A stretch of 64,000 nt of DNA from Hydrolagus affinis (lineage: Eukaryota), in assembly GCA_012026655.1 (NCBI GenBank), contig JAAILG010001568.1, positions 1 to 64,000 on the forward strand, read 5' to 3'. Positions 37,801-51,309 of the stretch are shown one piece after another. Position 1 is the stretch's first letter. Each line of letters starts with the position of its first letter. The notes below the pieces were generated by a model, which ran no database searches, had not been told where the DNA came from, and saw only the letters and a list, made by a program, of their open reading frames with translations. Both the position numbers and the translations under genes were made by a program.

Positions 37801-40800
37801 CGGGCATTTACATAGGAATGACAGAGGGGTGGAGGGATGGATAAGAAACATTCTGGACTGAAATTGAACATTAGCACTCTAACTGTACTATTCAGTGCAC
37901 CAGCCCTGCTCCAACATCTACTTTTCATTAGAAATTTTACAAGATAGAAAAATCAAACATAAGTGAAATGCCACAACACGCAGAGCAAATCAAATTTACA
38001 AATTCTGGTTTTGGGCAATTTCACACAATACCATTAACAACTCTTCAATAAATTTAGCCCCATCATCCGCCTATAAATTCTCCACTTGCACAAATACCTT
38101 CACACCTGAGCTGTTGCAGAACCCATTATGTAATAAGTTACTTTTTTGAAGTCAAATAAAGGCAAGAGTTTCCCTGGAGCTTGAGCACAGTATACAAATA
38201 GGGTTTAGAATTATTTTTAAATAAGCAAACAGGAAAAAACAAAAAACTCAAGTCTAGAGGCAAAAACAATTCTGGCAACTTTTCACCCACAGAAAAACTG
38301 TAAAATGTAACAGATGGCAGTAGAATAAAAAACAGAGCTATCATAATATACCGTGAAAAAACAAGGTTTCAAATCTGTGTCGAGCACTATCCGTCCGGTA
38401 CACAACCCATGACTACGTGGGTCATTTGGAGCAGCAAATTAGGATGTAAATGTTATACAAAATGAACATCCCTATCATAACTCTCTCAACAAAAGTTACA
38501 CTTACATAGCACCTTTCACATTAAAAAACACCGTTACACTTTACAAAATCTGAGTGGGAGTTCAGGGTGGGTGTGAAGTAGGGGAAGGTGACTAAAAGTA
38601 GTTGAAGGTAGTTTTCTGGGAAAGCATAAAAGGAATGAAGGAAAGGGATTTGGGAAAAGAGTTATAGAGTGTGAGTTCTAGAGTTTGCCTGAAAGATCGC
38701 CTGGTAAATGGTGGGGCAGAGTGAGAAACAGGAAGTCAGAGTTGTAAAAGTTGAGGGAGTATGATCGTAAAAGAGCACAGAGTGTGGGGGTAAAGCTATG
38801 CATGTATTCGAAGTTGAAACCTCATGCAAAAATGGTGCATTGTATTTGCATGCTGGCATTCTGAAAGAGGAAACATATTATTTTTTCACACATACCTCTT
38901 GGTGTGATCTCACTGCCTTTCTAAAGTTCCCCAAAAGATAATGTGTATTCCCTAGATTTCCATAAGCACGTCCTTGAGCTGCTCGGTCTCCAAGTTCCTT
39001 AACAATAACCAAATTTTCCCTGTATATAAAGTAAGAAAAAGTTAAATGGATGGCGTGGTGATTACTATTAATAATAGTCCTTACATTTGATATGGTGCCT
39101 TATCACAACATTGAGATGTCTCAAAGCGCTAACGAGTACAGTTAAATCATTAGTATAAATTCAGTTTTACAATTTTGGCAAATTCACAGCAAACAAAATT
39201 CAGGAAATACAATGGGATACTTGAAAATAGTTGATTTTCAATAAAAGAAATAGTAAAAGTTCATTCTTTACTTTAACATGTAAGTGTACATGTGATGTGA
39301 TGTCCCTGGTGACACCACAACAACAATTTATATATAATGTATAATGCCCTTGAGGTCGGAAAGATGTCACAACGTGGAACGCTGATTAAATAAGGTGAGG
39401 GTATTGGGATTTTATGGACCCAACTGTGACATAACAGCCCTTTTACTGAATATACAGTACATTCTAATGGCATCACATACTCACTCATAGTATTCCGCAG
39501 CCTTTTGTAAAGCTGAAGTTACATCCTCTGGAAAATCACCCGGATCCTGCGTTGCTGCACAAGCAAGATTCTTACCCTTAGCGTGATGCACATTGCCAAG
39601 ATTGTAAAGTGCTCTTGCTTCGCCTATCTGTTTCAAAACAATTCTAGAAATTAAAACTATTACAAAATAGTATCGAGAAATGTAAATTAAAAAAAATCTG
39701 TCCACCACTTTTTATTCAAAGATACAATGATGTATCACGTTACATTTCCAAACTAAGAGATGAGAATAGTTGAAAGCTGGTGACATGCCCTAAAGGTAAT
39801 TCACCCAGCAATTTTATTCTGACAAAATTCTGTTCAAAATTATTCAATTTCGTTCCTTAACACCCAACACCACAGACATTCAAGTTAATTTTAGTTTGCT
39901 CTACCAGTAAACTAGTAAATTCAGCAAAACAAGAATTGAATCAGGAACTTTTAATTCTGGGCCATATTTATGACTTTGCTAATAGTTCATTGGCAAAGTC
40001 ATACCCTTAATTTATTTGTTACAAAGGCATATAAAAATGTTGTTTAAAAAGCAATTCATTCACTTTGTTTTTTTTGCAGTGTCACTACTACCTTATCAGA
40101 ATGTTCTATAGAAATGTCCAGATGTCTTTGACAGCAAACTATAGCTTCATCAAAGCGTCCCAAAACCTTGAGAGTATTGCCAAGATTCCCACTGGCTTTA
40201 GCTTCACCCAGCTGGTCGCCAATTGTTCTGAAAATCAGTAGATAACAAAGCAGTGAGAAACTGACCATTCAATTGCTCTTTCTGAAATCTGTAGAACCTT
40301 CCCTTCTACAGTATCATAGAATTCTACAGTACAGAAGGTGGTCATTCAGCCCATTTTGCCTGTGCTGGGTCTTTCAAAGAGCTATCCACTTTAGCTTCAC
40401 GTCAATTATTATTATTAAGTATTCCCAGCAATTCTCTGTATATCTCTTAACAGTTTCTAGCTTTATAAGCATTGCATATAAATACTTCATTTATTTAAAA
40501 TAAGAATAATTCAGGTACATTAACAAGAAAATTCTGTAACAGAATTCAATTTTTTAAATAATAGTTTTCTCAACCCTAGGCGCCCTATAGACTCAGAGTT
40601 ATGAACAGGTACAATGGATTATACAAAATGCTTAATAGTTAAAGCATACGTTCAATGCGGAACTGCTCAAAGTATAACTATTGGGTTGTCCATGTATATT
40701 TGCTCACATTCAATTTTCTCACAGGTATAATATTAATAAATATTTCACCCAAGTCAAAAATTAAGAAGAATTAGTCGTAAATTAAGAAAAGATAAAAATC

Positions 40801-43800
40801 ATAAAATAGTGAACAAACAGGCAGTGAAATATAAATACTGATCTAGACATTGATAAAAAAAAACACTTTACAGTTTCCCCAAAATCTAATTGCAAAAATA
40901 TATTATGGGAGCACTGGCATTTATAAAACTTGCCTTAAGTAAAACAAAATACAGTATTCTTACCTTGCAAGAGTTAAGTCATGATGGTGGTATTCCAGTG
41001 CTTTGGAATACTCATGTAAATAGAAATAAGCATTTCCAAGCTGACTGTAGATAGCACTGAGTGTTTTTAGGTCCTCTGTTCCAACCTGAACTGCAGCTTC
41101 AAAGAACGATACCCCAGCTTGACAATCTCCTGATTTGCACAGTCGTTCACCTTCCAGAGCCAGCTCCAGGCAGGAAGCTTCCATTCTGTAAGAAACAGCA
41201 TTAAAGTCATTCATAATGCAGGTGAACAATAGAGAATTACTGATGTCCAACAAACGTTTGTATTCCAAATCTTGAGTCCAAATTAAACCTACTGGAAAAG
41301 TTTTTTTCTCTATCGTCTTGGTTTTCAGGAATTTCCCCCAAATTTCTTTCCAAATTATTTTCCGACTCAAAAAAAAACTTATCAAAAAACCATGTCACTT
41401 GAAGTATCTGTTAGACTTTGCAAACCCACATGGCAGACACATCAATATGACAGCCATTCCTTAAGATTCTTTTGGTCCTTCTAGTTGAACTATCTCCAAA
41501 AACGGTGGAAGTACTGTATTATATTCCAACATGAGACCACATTGCACACAATCACACAGACATGCATCCAGTTGTAATGTAGATTGTACTTGCACAATTG
41601 AGAATAATTTGTAACGGTCTTGAAAAATTATTTCTTGCCAATCCCACATATTGAAAACTCTTCAGGCAGATTATAGAATTTAAAAATGGGGGAGGAATGA
41701 AGATAAAAACATGGTAGTGCGAATCGTTGAATTTCAACCAGTTGTACTTCTGATTGAAATGTCAATCAATAGAGAACAGTTTAAAAAAAAACAGTCTGGT
41801 CTAGGCTTCAATACGCATAATCTGAACTAGCGGCTTTACAGAGCTGACATTTTGTAAGCACCTTATGTCACATGCCACTTCTTATTAACAAGATAAAGTA
41901 TAGCTATCACTATCCGTGTGAGCCATCAATCAATTCATAAAAAAAAACTTTTAACTGGATAAAATAAATTTCCAGAAAATGGACAAACTAAATTTGTGGT
42001 AACAGGAAATCATAAGAAACATTTAGATGTAATTTTTATAGCGTTATACAAAGGAATGTTTTTCCATATAGATGAAGAAATTTGTCCTTTCACATATGTG
42101 ATATTTGGATCGAGGAAAGAGGCAGTGGTGGAGCCAGGCAGGTGAGGGAACGCAGAGCGGGTCATGGCACAGATGTAGAGTAGATAGGACAGTTGAGGGT
42201 CAAGATGCAAAGGTTCCGGACTGAGCCTCACTGATACAACACTGAAGTAAAATTCCTTGGTTATCACAGGTGGTTTAGTCGTGATTCCATGTCCTGGAAA
42301 AGTAATACAATAGACGCCCAGGTATCTTTTAATTTGATATTGAGGCAAGTATAAGGCAAATAAATATATAATAGAAAGTAATACTGTCCAAGCCCCATAG
42401 AATACTTTCAGGTGAAAGCACTGAACAGGTGCAATATTATCTCTCTCTTTTTGAACAAAAGCTAAGGAAAAGGTTAAGTATGTTGTTTGTCTTAGTAGTG
42501 GATGATATAATGTGATCCAAGCTCTATATCAATCATTGTCAGGAACAAGAGACGTGTGACAATGAAAATGACTAGGTCATCAACAGTAAGTGGTATCCAT
42601 GATCATATTCATTCAGTCAGCAATTTTATCCTCATCACATTATATATCTAGAGGTGGATTGTGCATTATATGAATTATACAATTTTTCAGAGCATAATCA
42701 GAACTCAGGTTTATCTGGTTCTATTTAAAATAAAAGATTATCTCAATGTTTTTGGTGTGTTATCTTGGCACACTATAAAATAGAGCTGACAGCTGTATAA
42801 CATTCATTTTCATGAATTATCAAAAATAGCATTAAGATTGCTCCTAAAAGAGGACTTCACAAAATCTATGAAAGAAAGAACAGATTATCATTTTCCTATT
42901 TGCTCTATTCCAGCATACTACTTGTTATGTTAGGAGATACAAGAGCTACAAAATAAATACCAATGGAGACTGACACACATGTCAAGACTGCACAATAACT
43001 AGCAAGGTACAGTAATCAGGTTTGAGTTCATGTTCGTACATGTTAGAATTGCCAGACATTTCTTATTACAGTAAACAGAATTTTATTTATTCATTTGTTT
43101 TGGGCTAGTTTGCTTTGAGAGATCCATTTGATTAGAATGGTAGAGATTTTGTTCTTTTGTTATATTTGTACAATTTTCTTAGGGGTTAACAGCTTTTGAA
43201 TCGCAGATAGGACTTTGCCTCACATCAAAATGAGGGCTCCTGAGAATTTTTGTTGACAACATTTTGTTTAAAAAATTTTTAATCATGTGGTGAAAGTTTA
43301 TAATTCTTCTCTTAAGATCATTAGTTCATTAGGGTTGATGTAGGTGCACAATTATTTTGGTAATTCCGTTATAATTTCAACATTATCTTGTATTGCATCT
43401 CAATTCCTTTCCCAACTCCATACTGGACAGTGAGCTTCAGTTGATTTGCCATTCAATAGTCTGATAATTGCTGTACATTATTTTTCCGCAGGGAGTTTAC
43501 TTTTTGCATGTGCACAATTTCCAACTATTACCAACAAGCTCCATTTTAGTTGAATTCATCTCAAGAATTTTTTTTATACTTGCAACCAATTTTGGTAACA
43601 TTAGGTAATCAAGCATCAATAAGATTTTTTAAAAATCAGAGACCTTAGATTGGAAAGAAAGGTAATAATAATAATCCATGTATTTGATATTTTTTGATAT
43701 AAGCCTCATCACGTCTTCGAGATGTCTCAAGCACTTCAACAATTATATTGAAGTTAATTGACTGAATATTTTGTGGCCGAAAAGCGGCAGCAGTGTCCCA

Positions 43801-46800
43801 CAAACTATCGTGGATTGAGGTGACCAATTTTTTTTAAAAAAGGAAGTACTGTTACTCCCCAGAAAAGCGATTTGCCAATTGACTAACAACCAGGTTCCCA
43901 CTGCCTATTAGGTAAACAGAGGGGCATGGACTAAGGAAATGTTTTGCCCTGTCGGGAGTTGAACCCAGGTCTCTCTCTCACTTGCGAGGCGAGTGTTCTA
44001 ACCACAGGTGGAAAATTAGAGGGAAATTTGGTCACAAGTTTACAATCAATTTACACTGGTTCTTATCGACCCTAGCACAAAATGGTCTTGAAGGTGACTC
44101 CCATTCAGTTGTGCAATGTTGATGAAAGTAATTTTCAACACAAAACATGTGGCGTCGTCTATGAGTTCACCAGATAATATTAATTACCCATTCTAAGCAC
44201 ATTTCTTTAACATGTGTATGTTTTTGTCCAAATTGAAATTACTTAAGGCTTTTATTATAATGGTCCGTCATAAACATGTAATATAAAAGCTTAACAGAAC
44301 AGGTCATCTCACCAAGGGTTTTACTATATTTATTCTACTTGTGCCGTGACCGTAGTTTACCTACTCAAATCCAGTAAATCGCTTATCCATCTAATTCTTT
44401 AGCCCAGTTGCAACTTGTTAATCCACATAGCCACTGAATGCGTACTTCTTTCAAATACAGTATATATAATTCCTTGATGTCCTATCTAACTTTATTATAC
44501 ACCCACATTAATTTAATGTTCAGGATGTAAAGTTAACATTGTAACATTTAAGAATCTAGAATGTAGCCAGAAAATAATTCTATTACTGCAGCTTTTTTTT
44601 GTAGAAAACTTCAGAAGATTAATGTTAGATTACACAAAGTAATAAAACACATTGGTAAGATAAAGTGAACATCTGGCCCTGCAGCCAACCATTTGTGGTT
44701 AACATTCCACCAACCAATGCTTCCTCATTAAACATACTGCTTCGCAACAGAAAATTGCACAGATCTTTTGGGAACTGTTTCCACCCACACTTACATTCCA
44801 AGAAACTGCTTGATTTATCACGTGAATCAATATGAAGCAAGACTGAAGGAGCATTTGGGAAACCGTTTCATGGAGTATATTTTTTCTGCATTATAATGCC
44901 TTGGTTGTTCATTGAAGACGGACACTAAGAGAATCGGCATCCGAACAATGGTTTAAGTAAATGAACAATTAGTATAACTGAAAGCTAATTTCACAGGTCA
45001 ACCCTATGGCAAAGAATACAACAATTCTGATACGTGCCATATAGTGAAATGATGGAGATTCATCAAAGCAACTACCTGCAAATGGAGTTTCTAAACATTT
45101 GTGCTATTAGGAGAATCAACAAGTAATAACAAAATTACATTGGTATAGCGTCTTTCACATAGAGAGGAAGCAGAATCCATGCAGTTGAGTGGATCACTAA
45201 TGGAAGGAAAACAATTTAATGGAGCAATCTTGTCTTGTTCTATACTTTTTTTGTTTGAGAAGCACAAGTCATTCTGGAACCTCCTTTGAGTAAGGGATCA
45301 GTGGACTTCAATATTTTTGTTATTTTGCCATCTGCAGTGATCTACTTTGTGAAGACCCAAATAAACGCACCATTTTGGAGTTCAGTAAACATTTGGCTAT
45401 CCATTAATTTTCAGCAGTATCCACATATTACACAAAAACTGAGATTGAGATTATTGCAATGTGCACACTACAAGGTATCGTTAATGGAAAAAAATGAGAA
45501 ATCTCATTCAAAAGTTAACTTAAACTAATTTTCCTAACAATGTTAGTTTAGTAACTTATTACTAAAACTAACAGCAATAACAATTTGATTTGCATTACTT
45601 TAAATGTGTGAGGGATGCTATATAAATGCAAGTGGTTGTTGTGCTAAATGCAGTCAATTACATTTCCCATTTTTCATGGTCAGTTTACAGGATTCCAAAT
45701 TCCTATAATACAAACTTGTACACAAGGATTAAGCTGGACACAGTTTTCTGCATTTCTAACCATACAAAAAAAAAGGTAAAAATTAATCCATTAACTAAAC
45801 CGTCAGATCTTAGATCTCATCTCTTCACTGGGAAGTTCCACAACATACATTTTTAATGAGTTCATTAACTATTGACAAAGCGGCAATTTAATAGTATTAC
45901 ATTCTGCTCCAACCTAATTCAACCACCGAGTTGCATTACTGCATATTGGATTACGAGCAGATACACAATGAAGGCCATAGAAGAAGGTAGTGTAAGCAGT
46001 GAGGCAATACAAATAATTTATTTTCTTTTGGAATATAATTGAAAAGTTTAAAGCTAGTTCTCGCATTTTGCAAATATATATAAGTATAAAGATTGGCTTT
46101 TATTCAGATCTTCTAAATTTAAAAACAATTAAATCAGATAACTTTAAACTTGTAGGTTTAGTTCACAGTTTCTACATTATAATTAAAATTTATCAGATTG
46201 ACTTATTCTTTACATGTTGCCAGGCAAGGCAAAACATTAGGCAAATTTCCTTACTCTATACGCCTCTGTTTACCTAGCAGTAAGTAGGAAACCATTTGTT
46301 ACTCGACTGGTGGATTGCTTTTTGAAGATCTTTAAATTTGCTCGTCTTTCAGATAGGAAATGCAATGTGAATCATTTTAGAATATGCCCCACTCCCTCTA
46401 AAATAAGCTGCCTAAAAACTTGTGCTCTAGGTGTAAACAGATTAATTTAGCTGTTTTATATACTTCCTTTACAGTAGCAAACAGAGCTACATTAACTATC
46501 ACTGTAAATGTTGATTTTGTTGGATACCTTTTGGGTAGGTTCCTGAATCCAAAAGCACAAATGGAAATTCCTGTTCACTTTCCCCAACCACAAAGTGAAA
46601 GTAGCAGCCTGATTGACTGGTATTCCTGCTTCCTGTAGTGAAGGGGTTTTGTTGCATATATATACATTCGGCTTTATAATTGTTCTGCCTCCACTCTCGA
46701 CTCCAGGACCACTGCTATTGTGGCAGATTGTCTGTCAGACATCAATGATAATTTTCTCCAGCTGAGCGTTGACAAGACAGGGGCCCTTCCTGCTTGGCTC

Positions 46801-49006
46801 GTGTCAATGTCTCCTCACCTCAGGCACTGACAGCATCAATGTTCACAGATGCACTCTCCACCTCACAGAGCCAGTACAGAACTTCAATGTCCTGTTCAAT
46901 CCTCAGCTGTGCTGCAAATCCCACATCCGTGCCATGACCTGTTCTGCCTCCCCCCACCTCCACAACAGTGCCCGCACTGCCACTGTCTTTGCACCCCAAG
47001 CTGCCAAGACCCTAATTCGTCACATCCAGGATCCACTATGCAAACTCCCTGCTTGTCGGGTTCCATAACTTTTCATTCCACAAACTGTAGATTACGCATA
47101 ACTCTGCAGCTTGCCTTCTCTAAGTTTTGTGAACCGATCACCCCCATGCTCTCCCGGCGTCACTGGCTCTCCATTGCTCAGCAGATCGAGTTTAAAAGGC
47201 ACTGCCCTGCTCCATGTAACCCACCCTACTCACACTACCATTAATGAAGAGGCCTTCAGCTTTTCTACTCCTACCCCCTAGAACTCCATCCCCAAATCCC
47301 TCTACCTGTGCCCTCCCTCACCCCCTTTCAAGACCCGTCTCAAACCCTTCCTTCTTTGACCGTGCCTTTGACTGTACTCCCATCCCCACTCCCCATATCT
47401 TCCAGCCCTCTTGATTCCAATCCCCCCAGTATATAATATATTTTACTAATATGATATACCAAATTTACAGAGCTACTTTTATATAATCAATATTACAAAT
47501 ATTGCAATATAGTACAATATTCAAAGAAAACTGGCTGATTGGGAACTCACTTTTAACTTTGAACTGAAACCCTACTAATTTTCAGCAAAATATTTAAAAA
47601 GCTTTAAAAATGTTAAGCATATAAGTAATGAGGTACCTTCACTTATAACCCACAAAAATCAATTACTGAATCCATTTTCTGAAGCTAGGCAGGAACTCTG
47701 CATCTGCTCTTTCATCACATCAATTAAGGTTTCTCATTCCTATCTGGTATCTGTATTTGCTTCACAAACATGTCCATACAAAAGGGAACTTTCCCAACAG
47801 GTTTAACCAATTTTAGTTGCATCACAATTTCTTTGCTTAGTATTAAGATTATTAAAAAATGATCTACTACCGCAGTTTGTACAGATTTAGCTGGCTTAAC
47901 TCCAATAGTACCCCATTACCCACCCTGATATCTCAAAACTTTAGCTCTTGCCAGCCTACAGCTAAATTCTTCACAGGATTATGTAAGAGTATCAACTTCT
48001 TTAATTTCCAGTGAGATTGCATCACTCCATAAAAAACTGAATATGTGGAACTCCCAGTAATTTGATTTGGAACCTCTTAAACATGTTGATGGGTTTCACG
48101 GCATTAGATTTTTTGTTTATTAGCATCATACCAACATTTGTCCAAGCTCAAACAATCAAAGCAAGTATAGATAAACTTGCTTAATATTCATCTGAAAACC
48201 TTCCAATTAATTGCCAACAGTCTTTATCCCCCATACACAGTCCCAGAATCTTTTTCTGTTAAACAATAATACAGGTAATATTGTATCTGTAGAGTAATCT
48301 CAGTGTGGTGCTTAGTTATGGTCACAAGTTAGTTCCCTCATTTATGCATACATGAACCAATTTTATATAAACAGCAAATACTTAAAATACAGGATATACA
48401 GGATATGGAATCTGAAAGCACAGATTAAAAAGCGAGTTACATAGAATGATCCGGCACAGAAAAACAGGCCAAGTATTCTCCACATGAACCCTCACTCCTC
48501 CTATTCCTATATTTAAGTTTTCACTTAAATACGCATCATTCTATGTCAACATGTTCATAAATGGTCACAATCAATTTTCACATTTGTCCAAGTTTACGCA
48601 TTTGTGAAAAATGATGTGGACCTCCCCTATAGGTCCACACATAGACAAATATGTGGACACATAGAAAATAAACAATGGGAAAGAAAGGCAGAAAATGGAG
48701 AAAATTCTTCTAAAATAAAACCGAGGATATTGTGTTTCTGGTAAACTAGACATTTAGAGTTACAAAGATTTATTCTGAACACCATTTGAAATATAACTTT
48801 GAAGAATTAACTGTTTGCAAGCAATAAAGCTGATTTCTTTTTAAAACCAACCTAGTGAATCACAATGTTTAACATGCAGCATAAACTTTATTTTAGTGCT
48901 TCTAAAATGTATTACTCTTATCCTAAAGAATGAAAAGTAATTCCTACCTGTATCGAATATGATAGGAATGCTCATGCAAGCTAACCAAAATGTCACTTGC
49001 ATCCAT
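31801..49006 (-). CDS. GPSM2: G-protein-signaling modulator 2 (LGN/Pins): N-terminal TPR array and four GoLoco motifs, 658 aa
   Basis: Minus-strand exons 49006-48948, 41185-40964, 40227-40092, 39627-39485, 39019-38896, 37758-37643, 37320-37165, 35347-35239, 34911-34788, 33967-33897, 33778-33590, 33317-33185, 32352-32132, 31974-31801; total 1977 nt, phases consistent. Peptides YRMEASCLELALEGERLCKSGDC; GoLoco motifs FFDLLSRFQSNRMDDQR, FLDLLASSQSRRLDDQR, FFDMLVKCQGSRLDDQR, FFSLILRSQAKRLDEQR. Adjacency to CLCC1 and AKNAD1 favours GPSM2 over GPSM1. Confidence 0.96.
33361..33444. repeat. Perfect 40-bp tandem duplication (2.1 copies)
   Basis: TCTGTGTAAATTAAGTGGAATGAATCCAGTGCCCATTATC x2 plus TCTG. 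Confidence 0.95.
36175..36315 (-). mobile_element. L2-type 3' tail fragment
   Basis: Reverse complement of the tail CAGCGCCTTGGGA..CCTC..GACATGAAAGGCGCT..GTTGTTG. Confidence 0.7.
36470..37057 (+). mobile_element. L2-type LINE 3' fragment, relatively well preserved
   Basis: ALVAASRLDYGNSLLVG..LHRLQIIQNSEA, then HITPTLARLHWLPVTQRIEFKILVVTFKA and GGRAFSYSAPKLWNS; tail GGCGCTATATAGG..(TTG)n. Confidence 0.9.
43663..44007 (-). mobile_element. tRNA-derived SINE (subfamily A)
   Basis: Reverse complement of the head (GGTTAGAACACTCGCCTCGCAAG..GGTTCAACTCC), the CTCTGTTTACCTA body and the (ATT)n tail. Confidence 0.8.
46690..47400 (+). mobile_element. Degraded L2-type LINE fragment
   Basis: Frameshifted RT C-terminal remnants (NFLQL, PITPMLSRRHWLSIAQQIEFK). 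Confidence 0.75.
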
Positions 49007-49280
49007 TTAATTGCATTATATGGTGACTCGTCCAATGTAGGCTTCAAAAAGAGCACATGTCTCCTCCTTTTCTTTTCAGGAAATAAAAACAAGTTTTTAA
49101 GTTCAGCCTTCGCTCGTGTATTAGGGTGTTTTGGATTACTGACTATATCCCAAACTGTTGCTTCATTGTTCTTCCTCAGCACTATCTAATATTGAAGTCA
49201 ACAACAGATGCAGCTCACACATTCAGAAATCTGTCCTGATTTCTTGCATTGGTGGCCATTCACTTCCATTCAACTGCAAT
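49007..49280 (-). other. GPSM2: GPSM2 5' UTR part of the first coding exon
   Basis: Minus-strand acceptor TTCCCTTTGCAG|ATTG at 49281/49280, 274 nt upstream of the ATG at 49006. Confidence 0.6.
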
Positions 49281-50009
49281 CTGCAAAGGGAACATAAAAT
49301 GCTTTGCATAAAGCCTCATTTGAAATAAGAAGTCCCATAGCAACCCCCCCCCCCCCAGCTGACGTGCATAAGCATTGCCTGTCCTGGTGACTGGAAGCAG
49401 ATAAATCCATCAATCACTACATTGAAGGCAGGGGAAAAGTACTTCACACGTAACCACAGCGATTCTGCCAAGCAATGAAGGCACAGCCAAAGCATATTAT
49501 CTGAAGAATTATAATGGCAAAAATACTACTGCTATTACTACAACATTTGTAAAAACCAAGTAAATCAATCTGTGCTGTAATTGTTAAGTTTTCTTTAAAT
49601 TCATATGGCAGCTCTGTATGAAGTGTGTATTGCAGATGTCTTTACTTCATTTAATCCATGTTTAATCCATGCTTTAAATTGCAAGGATAACTCAAGGAGA
49701 ATTTCATCAAAATACATTTTACTTTTTTTATTTTGAATTCTGCCATAATTCTGAATGTATTTTATGATATATTCACCATCAATCTTCATAGTACATCAGT
49801 TAAATTCTAGCATAGTATATTAATATACTAATAATAGTAATTATTATACAAAGAATTTATGTTATATGGCATTGGTGAAAATTAGAATTCTTTAGATAAT
49901 ACTCCTTCATTCAAAGGAATTGTTAAAGTATTGATAATACAGTAATGCCATATAACTGAACTACACAATAAAGATTCAATATGTGCAAGGCATGTTGATC
50001 ACCACCTCT

Positions 50010-50330
50010 CCCATGTGAAAGACTATCGGATCTGGTTAAGATCGGGATTGAGATTAAGGTCATGGAAAACTACAGAATGATGATCAAAACAAATGTAGTA
50101 CGGCTTGGGAATGTCCATGAGCTGCTCTGACGATGAAAAGATAATATAGATAAAGGTACAAGAAACGATAAACATTATGGATTTGACTTGAAGTGCTTTT
50201 GGTCTGAGAGAAACTTGCAGAAGGTTTCCTTAGGATCAAATTGTACATAGACACTAGGGCTGATTAGAGCTGACATGCTCCGGAAAAGAAGCCTGCTGGC
50301 CAAATGGCCTTTCTTATGCCACACTATGTT
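50010..50330 (+). mobile_element. Degraded CR1-type 3' fragment
   Basis: Ends with AGCCTGCTGGCCAAATGGCCTTTCTTATGCC, resembling a CR1 3' UTR; highly diverged. Confidence 0.45.
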
Positions 50331-50726
50331 GTGCTCAGGTCAGAGGTACAGACAAAGTAAGATATTCGAAACGATGGTTAATAATTACGAGGGACAAAAG
50401 GATCAAATTACACAGCTATAGTAGCCTCTCGGTTCAGGAGATAAAAACGGGTGACATGATTTGTGTCAGCATTTTTACAGAATATAAATCAGCTTTGCAT
50501 ATAATCACTGTTTACAGTAGACAGCTGTCAAACTGCTGGATTAAAGTAGGATTATATTTGGTAGAACCATGTTGGTTCGGGGAAGTAAAGGCCTCTCTCA
50601 AATGACAGTTAAATGTGGCAGAAATGGCTTTCTAATAAATGTATAAACAATTAGTAGGATTTCCTAATGATAAACCAAATGTACAGCATTGTTTGTACTG
50701 TAACCATTTGCTACATTTTATATATA

Positions 50727-51309
50727 CAGTCAACCCTTGCTGAACACAACTTTCTCAAGTACAGATTCGCCCATACACAAATAAATAAATGCTACACTTT
50801 TTTGCGTATACGCAAGTAAAATTTGTGTATATATGTGCTGGCTGGTCTGGCCAGCAATGCATGCAATGTAATGCATGCGCATTTGGGAGGAATCTGGCTA
50901 TGCAATGCACACTTGGGAGGACGCCGCCAGCTCCCGCCTAAGTCTGATGATTCCTCGGCGCAACCTGATGGCATTGCATGGTAAACAGAAGAGACAGAGA
51001 GAGAGTCTCCTAACAGTTCCAGCACCAAAGGTAAAATAATTTAGCCAAGCTATGATAGTGTAATGTGTTGTTTTATTGCCTCCAGTGAGTCAGTGAGAGC
51101 AGGGAGAGTGACGAGCAGGCCAGCCGGCTGTAGCCTGCCTCAGTACGTACCTTGCGTTGGTCGGGTGTGGATGTGCTTCGAGGTTTGAGGTTGGATAGCC
51201 TCTGAATGGATTCCCCTAACCCCTTTTTCCCCATTACTTATTAAGCTTACCAAATGGGATTTTACCGAGGGTGCTGTTTTCCAGGAATATGTTCGGCAAG
51301 GGTCTACTG
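50727..51309. mobile_element. Tigger/pogo-like MITE, 583 bp
   Basis: TA|CAGTCAACCCTTGCTGAACA ... TGTTCGGCAAGGGTCTACTG|TA: imperfect TIRs with TA duplication. Confidence 0.75.

Noticed and set aside
48841-49182. 113-aa minus-strand ORF overlapping the GPSM2 start
   Set aside because: It starts at GTG, is out of frame with GPSM2 and runs through the donor into the intron; there is no recognisable homology.
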